A stretch of 63,571 bases of DNA, counting the filler, from Octopus bimaculoides (lineage: Eukaryota): NCBI RefSeq assembly GCF_001194135.2. It is 6 parts of 6 records of this genome, joined end to end, with 100 filler letters (N's around TTAATTAATTAA, not from the genome) between each part and the next. Parts side by side here need not be neighbours in the genome. Positions count along the whole stretch, not along the records: positions 30,976 to 41,835 come from NC_068983.1; positions 41,936 to 53,559 come from NC_068982.1; 4 more parts are not named here. One strand, 5' to 3'. The position numbers and the translations under genes were made by a program. The notes beneath the pieces were generated by a model that ran no database searches, was not told the origin of the DNA, and was given only the letters and a program-made list of their open reading frames with translations. Numbering within the stretch: position 1 is the stretch's first letter; every line of letters starts with the position of its first letter. Shown here in pieces: positions 37,460 to 49,190 of this stretch.

Positions 37460-39655
37460 TGTGGCCAAGCCGACCGGGCTCTTGCTGAGCTGAGCAGTTA
37501 GGCAGGACTTTATCCCCTTTTGGAGCCAATTTTCAATTTAAAATCTTCATTTTTTTTTCATTTTCCTATTTTAAAATATACAAAATGTCCTTGGAAAAGC
37601 GTGTCAGCTCTTCCTTTCTTTTTGACTTCCCCACTCTGCTGTCGGAAAACAGCCCCAAAAGTTTTAAAATTAATTTTCTCTTCCCTCTCCGCGCCTTAAA
37701 AGTCAGAGAGAGAGGGACGATAGAAGTCTTGCTAGCACGTGTAACGCTGAGCAACAGAAGGAAAAAGAAGAAAAGGAAAGCGAGAAAGAAGAGGAAAGGG
37801 ATCTTTTTTAAAACGGGGGCCACATTTTTCATTAATGTTTTACGTAATGTTTNNNNNNNNNNNNNNNNNNNNNNNNNNNNNNNNNNNNNNNNNNNNNNNN
37901 NNNNNNNNNNNNNNNNNNNNNNNNNNNNNNNNNNNNNNNNNNNNNNNNNNNNNNNNNNNNNNNNNNNNNNNNNNNNNNNNNNNNNNNNNNNNNNNNNNNN
38001 NNNNNNNNNNNNNNNNNNNNNNNNNNNNNNNNNNNNNNNNNNNNNNNNNNNNNNNNNNNNNNNNNNNNNNNNNNNNNNNNNNNNNNNNNNNNNNNNNNNN
38101 NNNNNNNNNNNNNNNNNNNNNNNNNNNNNNNNNNNNNNNNNNNNNNNNNNNNNNNNNNNNNNATATGAAAAAAGCAAATAAAACGAAGAATCGTTTGTTT
38201 ATATAGTCGGCACTTAATGTATATCGGCTGAATGGACGTCAGTGATTGGTTGAAATTACAGAAATACGACAACTTTAACATGGAATAATTTATGGATTTC
38301 TTTTTTTTTTAAGAAGACTAAGAGAAAAAGATGTTTTATATGACACATTCTACCAGTGTTCCAAGTTTCAAAGTGTTTCGTTAATGAAAAATGTGGCCCC
38401 CGTTTTAAAAAAGATCCGAGGAAAGGAGCAAGGAAATTCAGCTCATGGACGCTGCTAGCATCGTAACACCTGTGAATCCAAGCCCTCCCGTTACCACCAC
38501 GAACACTAACACATTGAATACTTAGCAGCAACGGCCCAATGCGTTAAACAGCCGAGGTTTTGCTTCAATGGCAAAGCCTAGGAATTAATTCATTAATGTT
38601 TCTGTAGAATCTCTCAAAGATTACAAGAACATGTTAAAAAGAAAAAGCGAAAGATCTGTTTCGATAAACACACCTCCAGATATTATAAACAATACAAACA
38701 AACGTACCATAGTGTACAAAACTATATCTTTAAAAAATAGACGTTTAGAAGCTGCTACAAAGTAAGCAGTTGAAAAATGCTTGCAACCCATTTGGAAAGA
38801 CGTAATATATCTGTCAAGGGATAAAAAATATGACAAAGTCAGATTTGCTACAGAAGACATAGCAAAACAGTACTCAACGACCCAGCTGAGAAAAAGTGAA
38901 CTTGTCCTAGTTCCAACATGCATAAGAAAGCAGAGAGGGCTCTAGCAAATCCATCCCCCTCACCACCACCACCCCAAAAGCATTCAGAATCACCCGAAAA
39001 CAACAACACACCAACACCCACGCTTCTAAAACCACAGACACAGCCAACAGTACAAGGCACAACAGGGTCAGCACAAAAAGTAAACGAAAATAACAAAAAC
39101 ACCACAAAGCTCACCGCCATAATGACAGACAAAACAAGCTTACTATTATTATACATAAAGAAAAATACCGACATCAAAATGACTGACTTTGTTTCCCCCA
39201 CGGATAATACACCACCACCACCACCACCACCACCACACAAACAGATACTTCGAAATTTCCACAAGCAGTTGAAGACTCCAACATGAAAGTGTCCTTTACA
39301 AATTCTTGGTCGTGGAAACCACCACACTCCACTCAAAGAGTACGACATCTGCTCCGCTCACACCCCAGAGTGCGAACAGTGAGTAGTCCTCTCCTTTTTC
39401 TCCTTACCAGCCACTGAAATGGTCATACTCAAAATAGGCTGCATAAATGTAGGTGACCTGGGGTCCTCTTGGAAGCAGGGTCACCGACTCAACAACCTCA
39501 GGTCACGAGGAATAGATGTAAAAGCCATTACTGAATCCAGACAAACAGAACTACGAGCTTTCCTGCTCCTTTTCGATGACTACGAGATCTATGCATCTTC
39601 GTGTCAGCGGGGAATGAGTGGTGGGGGTACTAGGGTATTGTTTCCCAAAGAATAG
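37460..39655 (+). mobile_element. Tx1/L1-type LINE 5' portion: decayed, internally deleted ORF1 plus start of the ORF2 AP endonuclease
   Basis: ORF1-like RTIVYKTISLKNRRLEAATK*AVEKCLQPIWKDVIYLSR...VRFATEDIAK followed by a Pro/Thr-rich tail. ORF2 at 39419 reads MVILKIGCINVGDL...GIDVKAITESR...GGGTRVLF (APE motifs). Confidence 0.75.
37799..38417. mobile_element. MITE with perfect 37-bp TIRs and an 8-bp TSD (GAGGAAAG); Merlin-like by termini
   Basis: TIR GGATCTTTTTTAAAACGGGGGCCACATTTTTCATTAA at 37799-37835, exact reverse complement at 38381-38417. GAGGAAAG at 37791-37798 and 38418-38425. Confidence 0.9.
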
Positions 39656-39656
39656 T

Positions 39657-39768
39657 TACATTTTCTCCCACATTTTTTTTTATCATACCTAAGGCGCCTA
39701 CTATGATAAGAATTGTTTCTGTTTTTAGATTCCACATTCGAGTTACCTCTATTTTCAGGTCTATCATC
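39657..39768 (-). mobile_element. R4/Dong fragment (EVTRMWNLKTETILIIVGALGMIKK)
   Basis: Near-identical to part of 41476-41835. Confidence 0.8.
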
Positions 39769-39792
39769 ATCATTATTAATATTATTATTATT

Positions 39793-40520
39793 TTATGTTT
39801 GACTTTTGTTTTGCATTTGTACAAGTTGGATCCAAGTCTCACCCAGAGACCTCAAGAGACAACAAGTTAGAAGTTCATGTAGGTGTTATCCCTAGGGTAC
39901 CATATATCGGGATTTGTACAGTTTTGTTCAAGTGAATGTTTAAGAAACCATAAGAAAATTATGTGTTTGCTTTAAAATTTGAGATCACATAGACAGTATT
40001 TTACGTAGGATATGGGCAGTTCCCATGAGCACTATCTTTTGAACTTCAGCCATTTTGGGGTTTCCTGGTATCTGAGCTAGGTAGTAATCAGCCCGTTTCG
40101 CTGTCATTCCCAGGGCACCTATGACAATAGGTATTGTTTNNNNNNNNNNAGGCATGATTTTTGTCTGAAGTCTTTCAGTATGATGTCTGGCTTATTTGCG
40201 TCTATCTTTCTGTCAGTTTGAATAGTGAAGTTCGAGAGGAGTGCAATGTGATCATTTTCAAGTACTGGGGGGTGGTTTGTGTTCCCACCAGTTTTTATCA
40301 TGGGGCAAGTCCAGGTTTTTGCATATTACCCAGTGAATATATTGTGCAGCTCTATCATGCCTGTTGAGATACTCTGTAGGCGCAAGCAGACTGCACATGG
40401 AGACAACATGATCGATGGTCTCATTTTGTTGTTGGCATATACGACATAATGGGGAGCTGCCGTTCTTTAATATGTTGGCCTGGTAGTTCTTTGTAGGTAG
40501 GCATTGATCTTGGGCTTTAT
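39793..40520 (-). mobile_element. R4/Dong LINE 3' portion from the CCHC knuckle to the 3' UTR
   Basis: AQDQCLPTKNY...CRICQQQNETIDHVVSMC...RHDRAAQYIHW...IQTDRKIDANKPDIIL...TIPIVIGALG...VQKIVLMGTAHILRKILSM* (stop at 39986-39988). Confidence 0.9.
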
Positions 40521-40546
40521 CATTATTATTATTATTATTATTATAT

Positions 40547-40900
40547 GAAAACTGCTTAATCTTGCCGGGTATGATGGTAAGTGCCTGGTAAGTTTCAAGA
40601 ACTCTGCGAAGAATTCTTGCACTTCCAAGCAATGCTGATTTTTGTAGGTGTTCTGCCTTCACACTTGTACCGATCTTTTTCAGCCATGCTGGTAGTTGAG
40701 TGCTGATATTTCCAAGTGCATCAATTACTATTGGTATCACGCCTACTCTCTTCATTGATCACAACCTTCGTATTTCCCACGTCAAATCGTCAAAGTTGTT
40801 TATTTCTTCTTCTTTTATATTGATCCTGTCGTCAACGGGGGCATGCTATGGCGATTATCATACATGCTCTTTCTCGTCGATTATCATACATGTTCTATCT
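40547..40900 (-). mobile_element. R4/Dong LINE 3' end, different family
   Basis: KEEEINNFDDLTWEIRRL*SMKRVGVIPIVIDALG...LQKSALLGSARILRRVLET; flanked by (ATT)n on both sides. Confidence 0.85.
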
Positions 40901-40916
40901 GTTATTATTATTATTA

Positions 40917-41004
<88 letters not shown>

Positions 41005-41034
41005 ATCCTCTCGGATAGTTTTTAATTACCGGTT

Positions 41035-41400
41035 TATCTTTACTTGAAAGCAGGTAACAACAAATCACCAAATGTTTCAAGTAGTGCTTTCTCCTGTGAC
41101 TCAGAGACAATACTCTCCTTAGAATGCGAGCTGTACCCAACAATGCTGTCTTCTGGATGACCTCGAGCCTGACAACAGTTACCAGTCTTTTTCTATATCC
41201 TGTAGTGAGTACTTCATTATCATTTCTCGGATTACTCAGAAAGTAGCACTCCCTTACAGCAACACTAATTTCTTTCGTCCACCTTCTTTTAGCTGTTGTT
41301 TGATGACACCTGGGCCCGTGCTGCTAATCCTTGAGGCACCCGCCGAGCGAGAGACCTTCACAAGGTCCTCTTATCTCATTCACGCCGTTCTCATTTCTAT
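41035..41400 (-). mobile_element. Internally deleted R4/Dong derivative: ORF N-terminus fused in frame to the C-terminus
   Basis: AKRRWTKEISVAVRECYFLSNPRNDNEVLTTGYRKRL joined directly to VTVVRLEVIQKTALLGTARILRRVLSL. Confidence 0.65.
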
Positions 41401-41475
41401 TTTTATGTCGACTTTACCTTTCAACTTTTCGGTGTCGATAAAATAAGTACAAGTTGAACACTGGGGTCGATAGTT

Positions 41476-41835
41476 TTATTTTTATAGCGTGCTTTCACTT
41501 CACTACCGAGCGCAGCTCTGTGTGCCTTGGGTATGTGCTGTAGGTTGCTGTGATGCTCTTATGGTTACTGTATTGAAAGTGTTTTGCGTAGGATCTGTGC
41601 AGTACCCAGTAGTGCAATTTTCTGTATGTTATATATATTTGTAAGGCCTGGTGTTTTTGTTATGTATTTGGCTGAATATTTTTTTATTATACCTAAGGCA
41701 CCTACTATGATAGGAATTGTTTCTGTTTTTAGATTCCACATTCGAGTTATCTCTATTTCCAGGTCTTTGTATTTTGAAAGTTTCTCCATTTCTTTTAGGG
41801 AAGCGTTGTAATCTGCTGGTATTGATACATCAATT
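41476..41835 (-). mobile_element. R4/Dong LINE 3' end with 3' UTR
   Basis: EKLSKYKDLEIEITRMWNLKTETIPIIVGALG...IQKIALLGTAQILRKTLSIQ*. Confidence 0.9.
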
Positions 41836-41935
41836 NNNNNNNNNNNNNNNNNNNNNNNNNNNNNNNNNNNNNNNNNNNNTTAATTAATTAANNNNNNNNN
41901 NNNNNNNNNNNNNNNNNNNNNNNNNNNNNNNNNNN
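41836..41935. other. Artificial scaffold spacer
   Basis: 44N-TTAATTAATTAA-44N. Confidence 0.95.
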
Positions 41936-41945
41936 TATATATGTT

Positions 41946-42200
41946 TGGAGGCGCGTGGCTTAGTGGTTAGGCTATCAGCATCATGATCGTATGATTGTGG
42001 TTTCGATTCCTGGACCGGGCGACGCGTTGTGTTCTTGAGCAAAACACTTCATTTCACGTTGCTCCAGTCCACTCAGCTGGCAAAAATGAGTAACGCTGCG
42101 ATGGACTGGCGTCCCGTCCAGCTGGGGAACACATACGCCATTGAAACCGGGAAACCGGGCCCATGAGCCTGGCTTGGCTTTAGAAGGGCGCATTTATTTA
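41946..42200 (+). mobile_element. Near full-length tRNA-derived SINE (family C) with a conserved-looking central domain (Meta/CORE-like)
   Basis: A box TGGCTTAGTGG, B box GTTTCGATTCC, then gttgtgttcttgagcaaaacactt...gtccactcagctgg...gcgatggactggcgtcccgtccag and an A/T tail. Confidence 0.8.
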
Positions 42201-42861
42201 TAATATATATATATATATGTGTGTGTGTGGGTGTGGGTATGTGTATCCGATGGGTAAAAAGTCACCACCATAATCTTAAAATAGATGATGAATACTGGGT
42301 TAGCGTTTGGATTAGTCCAGATTCTTAAAATCTAGTATCCAGATTAGAGTAAGAATAATGCCGTCAAACAAGTATTCGCCAGAGGAAGCGTACTGCTCCG
42401 CTCCTCTCTTACTCCAATATTGCGTACACACTTAGCTACTTATAATGTATTAAGACCTTCAAAGTGTAACCTATTTGCTTTACACCTTTTCTCTGTTTCT
42501 TTATGTCGTTTCGCTTAATGAATTCTCTTTGATATTCATTCCCCACTCTATTTTTCTAACTTATGTTAATGGATTGTCTCGACTAAGTTTATTCTGTGTG
42601 GCTTCTTCTTTCTTTTCATTTCCTTTCTTTTTCTATACGTATCTCTCCCCTACTCATTCTCCCTCACTTTTTACTTACACGTTCCCTTTCTTGATATCAC
42701 AATCTTCCTTCATATCGTTCTTTCCATCTTATTAATACTACCCATTCTATATCTTATTACCACTGTTTTGTGCTCCTGAATATCGATTTACTACTGTAAA
42801 ATGTTGATTTTGGCGAACATTTTTCGGCCTCAACACTTCCAGCTTAAACGTATTCTTTTAT

Positions 42862-43478
42862 TCGTTTACTTGTTTCAGTAATTTGACGGCGGTCATGCTG
42901 GAGTACCGCCCTGAAAGGTTTTAGTCGGGTAAATTGACCCCCAGGACTTTTCAAGCCCAGTATTTATTCTATCGGTCATTTTTGACGAACTGCTAGGTTA
43001 CGGGACCTAGACGCACCAACACAGGTTGTCAAGCAGTGTTGGTGGGACAAACAAACACACACACCCACACGCACACGACGGGCTTCTTTCAGTTTCCGTC
43101 TCCGAAATCCACACACAAGGCTTTGGCTGGTATGGGGCTTTAATAGAAGATATCTGCCGAAAGTGCCACGTGGTGGGTCTGAACCCGGAACCACACGTGG
43201 TTGGGAAGCAAGCTTCTTATTTCTTTATTGCCTACAAGGGGCTTAACATAGAGGGGATAAACAAGGACAGACAAAGGGATTAAGTCGACAATATCGACCC
43301 CAGTACGTAACTTGTACTTAATTTATCGACCCCGAAAGGATGAAAGGTAAAGTCGACCTCGGCGGAATTTGAACTCAGAAGGTAACGGCAGACGAAATAC
43401 CGCTCAGCATTTCGCCCGGCGCGCTAACATTTCTGCCAGCTCGCCGCTTTTTTACCACACTGCTTCGCCTGCGCCTAT
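42862..43478 (-). mobile_element. SINE family A copy with a family B SINE (about 43219-43447) nested in its head
   Basis: The family A sequence gcaagcttctta resumes as ttttaccacac...tgcgcctat after a complete family B copy. Confidence 0.8.
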
Positions 43479-43659
43479 CTTTATGTATTATTAATACCTG
43501 TTCGCACACATAATATTACATTAACCAGTTTGAAATGCTTGTAACTGCTGTGAAAGTATAAGGACAGTGTAGTTTTACTTAACCAAGAATTTTTATCTTT
43601 ACGCCGACGAATGATCTGTTTGTGTGTGTGTGGGTGCACGTGTGTGCGTCTTTGATCTT

Positions 43660-43820
43660 TTACTTGTTTCAGTCATTAGACTGCAGTCATGCTGGGGTAC
43701 TGCTTTTAGCCGAACTAATCGACCCCAGTAATTTTATTCTTTTAATTATGTTACATATTCTATAGGTTCTTTTTTGCTGCACGGTTATGTTATGGGAACG
43801 TAAAACGCCAACACTCAAAC
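43660..43820 (-). mobile_element. SINE family A 3' half
   Basis: ttttacttgtttcagtcattagactgcagtcatgctgggg...atcgaccccagta. Confidence 0.75.
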
Positions 43821-43843
43821 AAATAAATAAATAAATAAATATA

Positions 43844-43879
<36 letters not shown>

Positions 43880-43884
43880 CAGTC

Positions 43885-44255
43885 CATAATAATCAAGGCT
43901 CCCTAAATTTCAGCGGTCAACTGGTAATAATAATGATCTAGTACTGGTGTCTCGTACTTGTTGACAATGAATAGTTAGTCTCTTTCTGAGAGTGAGTTTT
44001 GTTTGATCTATGTAATCTTTTTTACATCCTTTAATACCATAATATTAAATATTTTGACGAATACGTAAAATGATTTTTTACATTAAGTGTTCTGATTTAA
44101 GGCTATATTCTTTGTCTTCAATGAGGCTGACGCAAGTCCTGCACTTAGGGTGGCGACACATTTTGATTGTTGGTGTGGTGTTTGTGAAGGGTAACATAGC
44201 GCTGGTGAGTAGTTTTTCAGGGATTATTAGTCTTTTGCTTTTGGTTATCCTGTCT
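43885..44255 (-). pseudogene. PLE GIY-YIG endonuclease relic with an upstream CxxxCxxC linker (Neptune-like)
   Basis: KLLTSAMLP...IKMCRHPKCRTCVSL...YYGIKGCKKDYIDQTKLTLRKRLTIHCQQVRD. Confidence 0.75.
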
Positions 44256-44389
44256 TAGGTCTGTCGATCTAGACCTACTTGTGCTTAATTAGCAATAGCA
44301 AAAATAACAACAGCAATGCTACGGATAGCAATAATTTATTATCTGGATACAAACCAAATATTTGTAGACAGCAGCAGTCGTACATATTG

Positions 44390-44610
44390 GTTTCAAATTT
44401 TGGCTCAAAGCTAGCTAGACCGAGTGATGGTGTAAGTCAATTACATCGACCACAGTGCTCAACTCTCGCTTATTTTATCGCACTCCGAAGGATGAAAGGC
44501 AAAGTCGACATTGGGAGAATTTGAAATCAGAACACAAAGACAATAAAGACAGTAAAAACGTGAAGATTTTGTTCGGCATGCTAACCAACGATTTGGTAAA
44601 TCCTACTTTA
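44390..44610 (-). mobile_element. SINE family B copy
   Basis: ggatgaaaggcaaagtcgac...atttgaaatcagaac...tgttcggcatgctaac. Confidence 0.75.
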
Positions 44611-44764
44611 GCTGTCGTACATATTCCAATCAGTATTTGACTTGCACTTTAATTTTGTGGCCCAAGACCAACTAAAAGCTAACTTGACCACAGTGTTTGT
44701 TGAAATCAAAACGTTAAAAACTAGAACCCTGCAATGCATTATGCATTACAGGTTTCTAGTTTCT

Positions 44765-44812
<48 letters not shown>

Positions 44813-45658
44813 NNNNNNNNNNNNNNNNNNNNNNNNNNNNNNNNNNNNNNNNNNNNNNNNNNNNNNNNNNNNNNNNNNNNNNNNNNNNNNNNNNNNNNNN
44901 NNNNNNNNNNNNNNNNNNNNNNNNNNNNNNNNNNNNNNNNNNNNNNNNNNNNNNNNNNNNNNNNNNNNNNNNNNNNNNNNNNNNNNNNNNNNNNNNNNNN
45001 NNNNNNNNNNNNNNNNNNNNNNNNNNNNNNNNNNNNNNNNNNNNNNNNNNNNNNNNNNNNNNNNNNNNNNNNNNNNNNNNNNNNNNNNNNNNNNNNNNNN
45101 NNNNNNNNNNNNNNNNNNNNNNNNNNNNNNNNNNNNNNNNNNNNNNNNNNNNNNNNNNNNNNNNNNNNNNNNNNNNNNNNNNNNNNNNNNNNNNNNNNNN
45201 NNNNNNNNNNNNNNNNNNNNNNNNNNNNNNNNNNNNNNNNNNNNNNNNNNNNNNNNNNNNNNNNNNNNNNNNNNNNNNNNNNNNNNNNNNNNNNNNNNNN
45301 NNNNNNNNNNNNNNNNNNNNNNNNNNNNNNNNNNNNNNNNNNNNNNNNNNNNNNNNNNNNNNNNNNNNNNNNNNNNNNNNNNNNNNNNNNNNNNNNNNNN
45401 NNNNNNNNNNNNNNNNNNNNNNNNNNNNNNNNNNNNNNNNNNNNNNNNNNNNNNNNNNNNNNNNNNNNNNNNNNNNNNNNNNNNNNNNNNNNNNNNNNNN
45501 NNNNNNNNNNNNNNNNNNNNNNNNNNNNNNNNNNNNNNNNNNNNNNNNNNNNNNNNNNNNNNNNNNNNNNNNNNNNNNNNNNNNNNNNNNNNNNNNNNNN
45601 NNNNNNNNNNNNNNNNNNNNNNNNNNNNNNNNNNNNNNNNNNNNNNNNNNNNNNNNNN

Positions 45659-45729
<71 letters not shown>

Positions 45730-46283
45730 TATGCATGTGTGCGTGTGTGCATATATGTACACACGTTTCTGAGATTACCTCGCAAATAATTGTGTTTAAT
45801 ATAAGCAGACGGTCAGAATTTGATCCCAGTACATGCATCTTAATTTTATTGACTCCGATGGATTTGAAGAGTAAACATTAAAAAAGCATAAACAGAGCAA
45901 TGTATTTTTCCGATGCTGTAATAATTCTGCCAATCGCGTTGCTCTGCTAATAATTATAATAGTAATAACTTCCAATTCTGGGGTAAGTCCAGAAATTTTG
46001 AGTGAGGGTATCAGCCGATTAAATAGAGCCCTTGTGAACCTGGTACTTATTTTGTCGACGCCGAAAGGGAAGAGAAGAAAAGTGGACCTCGACCGGATTT
46101 AAAATCAGAACGTAAAGACAATCGAAAAGCCACTCCAATCCTCCGGATGGTGCTCGAAAAATGAGAGGAGTTACCTTAGTTCACTGGTAATGAACAGCTG
46201 ACACCGTAGTACATCTCCAGTGATAGAACCTTTGCAAAGGCAACAACAACAGCAACAACAACAATAATAAAAATAATAACTAC

Positions 46284-46314
<31 letters not shown>

Positions 46315-46321
46315 TTAATAT

Positions 46322-46950
46322 ATCACGAACGAATGCCTTACACTTGCCCCAAACCACTACAAATTGTGCTGACACGGCCAGGTAGCGAAAGTGCTACACT
46401 GGAAAGTGTGCGATAAGTGCGGGCCAGAGAGAGGGAAGAGGTGGTATTGGCACAATCTGCAGAGTGCTGGAGTCGGCGACTAGCAAAATCTTCTGGGATT
46501 TCCCAATCCAAATAGATCAGCTGCTAGAGCATAACAGACCGGACATAGTGGTGGTGGACAAGGTGCATCACATATGCCATATAGTTGATGGTGCATGTCC
46601 CTTTGACTCACGAATAATCAAGAAGGAAGACATAAAGGTAGATTGATACAACTCTCTTAAATACGAAATAGCCTGGCTATGGAAAATGAAGGTGAAGATA
46701 GTGCCACTTATTGTTGGGTCCTTGGGAACAATATCAGAATACACCAAGAGGAATATAAAGGAAATTGGAATAGAGTGCCCAGTAAAACTATTACAAAGGG
46801 TTTGCCTCCTTGGCACAGCCAGAATAATCAGGAAAGTATTAGATAGCTGAAAAGAACGAATAGCATGGTACTGTAGGTTGCAGGTAGAAAGCTCGTTACG
46901 TATGCAAGACTCCAGGAGCTTCAACAAAAACCGAAATAAAGAGAAAATAA
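46322..46950 (+). mobile_element. R4/Dong LINE 3' portion
   Basis: HGQVAKVLHWKVC...KIFWDFPIQIDQLLEHNRPDIVVVDK...IVDGACPFD...KIVPLIVGSLG...LLQRVCLLGTARIIRKVLDS*; (TAA)n on both sides. Confidence 0.9.
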
Positions 46951-46966
46951 TAATAATAATAATAGC

Positions 46967-47047
<81 letters not shown>

Positions 47048-47050
<3 letters not shown>

Positions 47051-47833
47051 TGCTGCACAAGACCAAAGCCTCCCCACCAGAAATTACCAAAAACACATAA
47101 TGAAAAGAAATATAACAAGTAACTGTAGAATATGTGGAGATCGACAAGAAACAATAAATCATATTATCNNNNNNNNNNNNNNNNNNNNNNNNNNNNNNNN
47201 NNNNNNNNNNNNNNNNNNNNNNNNNNNNNNNNNNNNNNNNNNNNNNNNNNNNNNNNNNNNNNNNNNNNNNNNNNNNNNNNNNNNNNNNNNNNNNNNNNNN
47301 NNNNNNNNNNNNNNNNNNNNNNNNNNNNNNNNNNNNNNNNNNNNNNNNNNNNNNNNNNNNNNNNNNNNNNNNNNNNNNNNNNNNNNNNNNNNNNNNNNNN
47401 NNNNNNNNNNNNNNNNNNNNNNNNNNNNNNNNNNNNNNNNNNNNNNNNNNNNNNNNNNNNNNNNNNNNNNNNNNNNNNNNNNNNNNNNNNNNNNNNNNNN
47501 NNNNNNNNNNNNNNNNNNNNNNNNNNNNNNNNNNNNNNNNNNNNNNNNNNNNNNNNNNNNNNNNNTGGAATCTAAAAACAGAAACAATTCCTATCATAGT
47601 AGGTGCCTTAGGTATAATAAAAAAATATTCAGACAAATACATAACAAAAACACCAGGACTTACAAATATATATAACATACAGAAAATTGCACTACTGGGT
47701 ACTGCACACATTCTACGCAAAACACTTTCAATACAGTAAACATAAGAGCACCACAGCAAACCACAGCACATACCCAAGGCGCACAGAGCTGCGCTCGGTA
47801 GTGAAGTGAAAGTACGTTATAAAAATAAAACTA

Positions 47834-47840
<7 letters not shown>
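47048..47840 (+). mobile_element. R4/Dong LINE 3' portion, gap inside
   Basis: IAAQDQSLPTRNYQK...CRICGDRQETINHII [gap] WNLKTETIPIIVGALG...LRKTLSIQ*, then a 3' UTR and (TAA)n. Confidence 0.9.
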
Positions 47841-47879
<39 letters not shown>

Positions 47880-47929
47880 GTAATAATAATAATAATAATA
47901 GTAATAATAATAGTAAAAATAATAATAAT

Positions 47930-48480
47930 AGCCCTGATGCTGTATCAGGATACCCTGATGCAGTGCCAGACAGTGACTCCATGGCTTGTTGGAAGAGTTA
48001 TCGTGTACATTGTTTCATCTTGGTATAAAAGGTGGGCTGCAGTATATATTTTACTCAATCCCACAGATTTGCTTGTCACTTGTTTCACCTTAACCAGTTG
48101 AGCATGTCCTTTAGTTGCTGACGATATGTGCATCTCTGATCACGCGTAGAAGTAGTGGGGGAGTATCATAGCCATGTGTTGAGAGGAATTCTTTGGAGTT
48201 TGGATAATTCACCTCTGGAAACATGGGTGTTTCATTCAACATCCTTAAACAACCCTTATTCAGGGACCTTTAGAGCAGGATGGGCTAGTCGACTTGAAGA
48301 AAATTCTAACTCAGCCCCACCTGCAAGATCTGTACTGTTTATCTTCATATAATATCATCATGTCGCGTACATATGTTTGTGTTGCCTGTGCCTAGTGTAC
48401 CCTTATCAGACTGATAGTCATGATGGTATAATAGACTTCGCATATTTTACCACAGTGTCACTGTGATAGCATCTCAATCA
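47930..48480. mobile_element. Non-coding interspersed repeat flanked by (TAA)n on both sides; probably a Dong/R4 UTR or dependent element
   Basis: Higher-GC 550-bp block bounded by TAA tracts, no long ORF. Its repeat status is from recollection and was not verified. Confidence 0.45.
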
Positions 48481-48744
48481 ATAATAATAAAAATAATAAC
48501 AATAATGATAATCCTTTTTACTATAGGTACAAGACCTGAAATTTTTGTGGATGGGCATAGATTATATCGCTTGTTGCAGCTCGTCTCATTTAGATTCAAG
48601 TTTTAACAAAAGAGTAGCAATTTCCGAGGGGAGTGGGGAAGACCATTGCATCGACTCCCTCTAATCAACTAGTACTTATTTCATCAACCGCGGAAGATAC
48701 TGTTGGTATTATGATACTGGGTCTGGGAAATTATGTTGTACAGA

Positions 48745-49190
48745 GGAAAGAAAGAATACTTCTGGTAGCCAGATATAACCAAGAAAGTGACGGAAACTGT
48801 GAACAAATGGAACAAATGGAACAAAATGGAAAACTCATGCAACAAACCGAATATATTGGAGGTGAAACGAGAAACAAAGATGTCAATTATAGCCGCCAAG
48901 GAAGGAGCCCTTAGAACAAACCTAATGAAGGCAATGATCGACAAAACTCAGACAGCAAATGTAGAATCTTCAGGAAAGGAGACGAGATTATCAAACACAT
49001 TTGAAATGAATACAGTATACTAGCGCAAATGGAATACAAGTGCAGACATGACTGTGTATGCAAACGAGTCCGGTACGACGTCAGTCGAGCGTGTGGTTCG
49101 AAATCAATAGGAAAGTGGTATCGACACGAACAAAAGGCTGTGATAAAAGATGAGAATTACAGGATCTTGTGAGACTGATCGTTTCTAAGC
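48745..49190 (+). mobile_element. R4/Dong LINE fragment, heavily decayed
   Basis: VKRETKMSIIAAKEGALRTNLMKAMIDKTQ...CRIFRKGDEII...RHDCVCKRV...KWYRHEQKAVIKDENYRIL. Confidence 0.75.

Noticed and set aside
41946-42020. tRNA gene
   Set aside because: A and B boxes are present, but the sequence continues into a SINE body and lacks a complete acceptor stem.
44101-44204. Plus-strand signal-peptide-like exon with a GTGAGT donor
   Set aside because: It is the antisense of the PLE GIY-YIG relic at 43885-44255.
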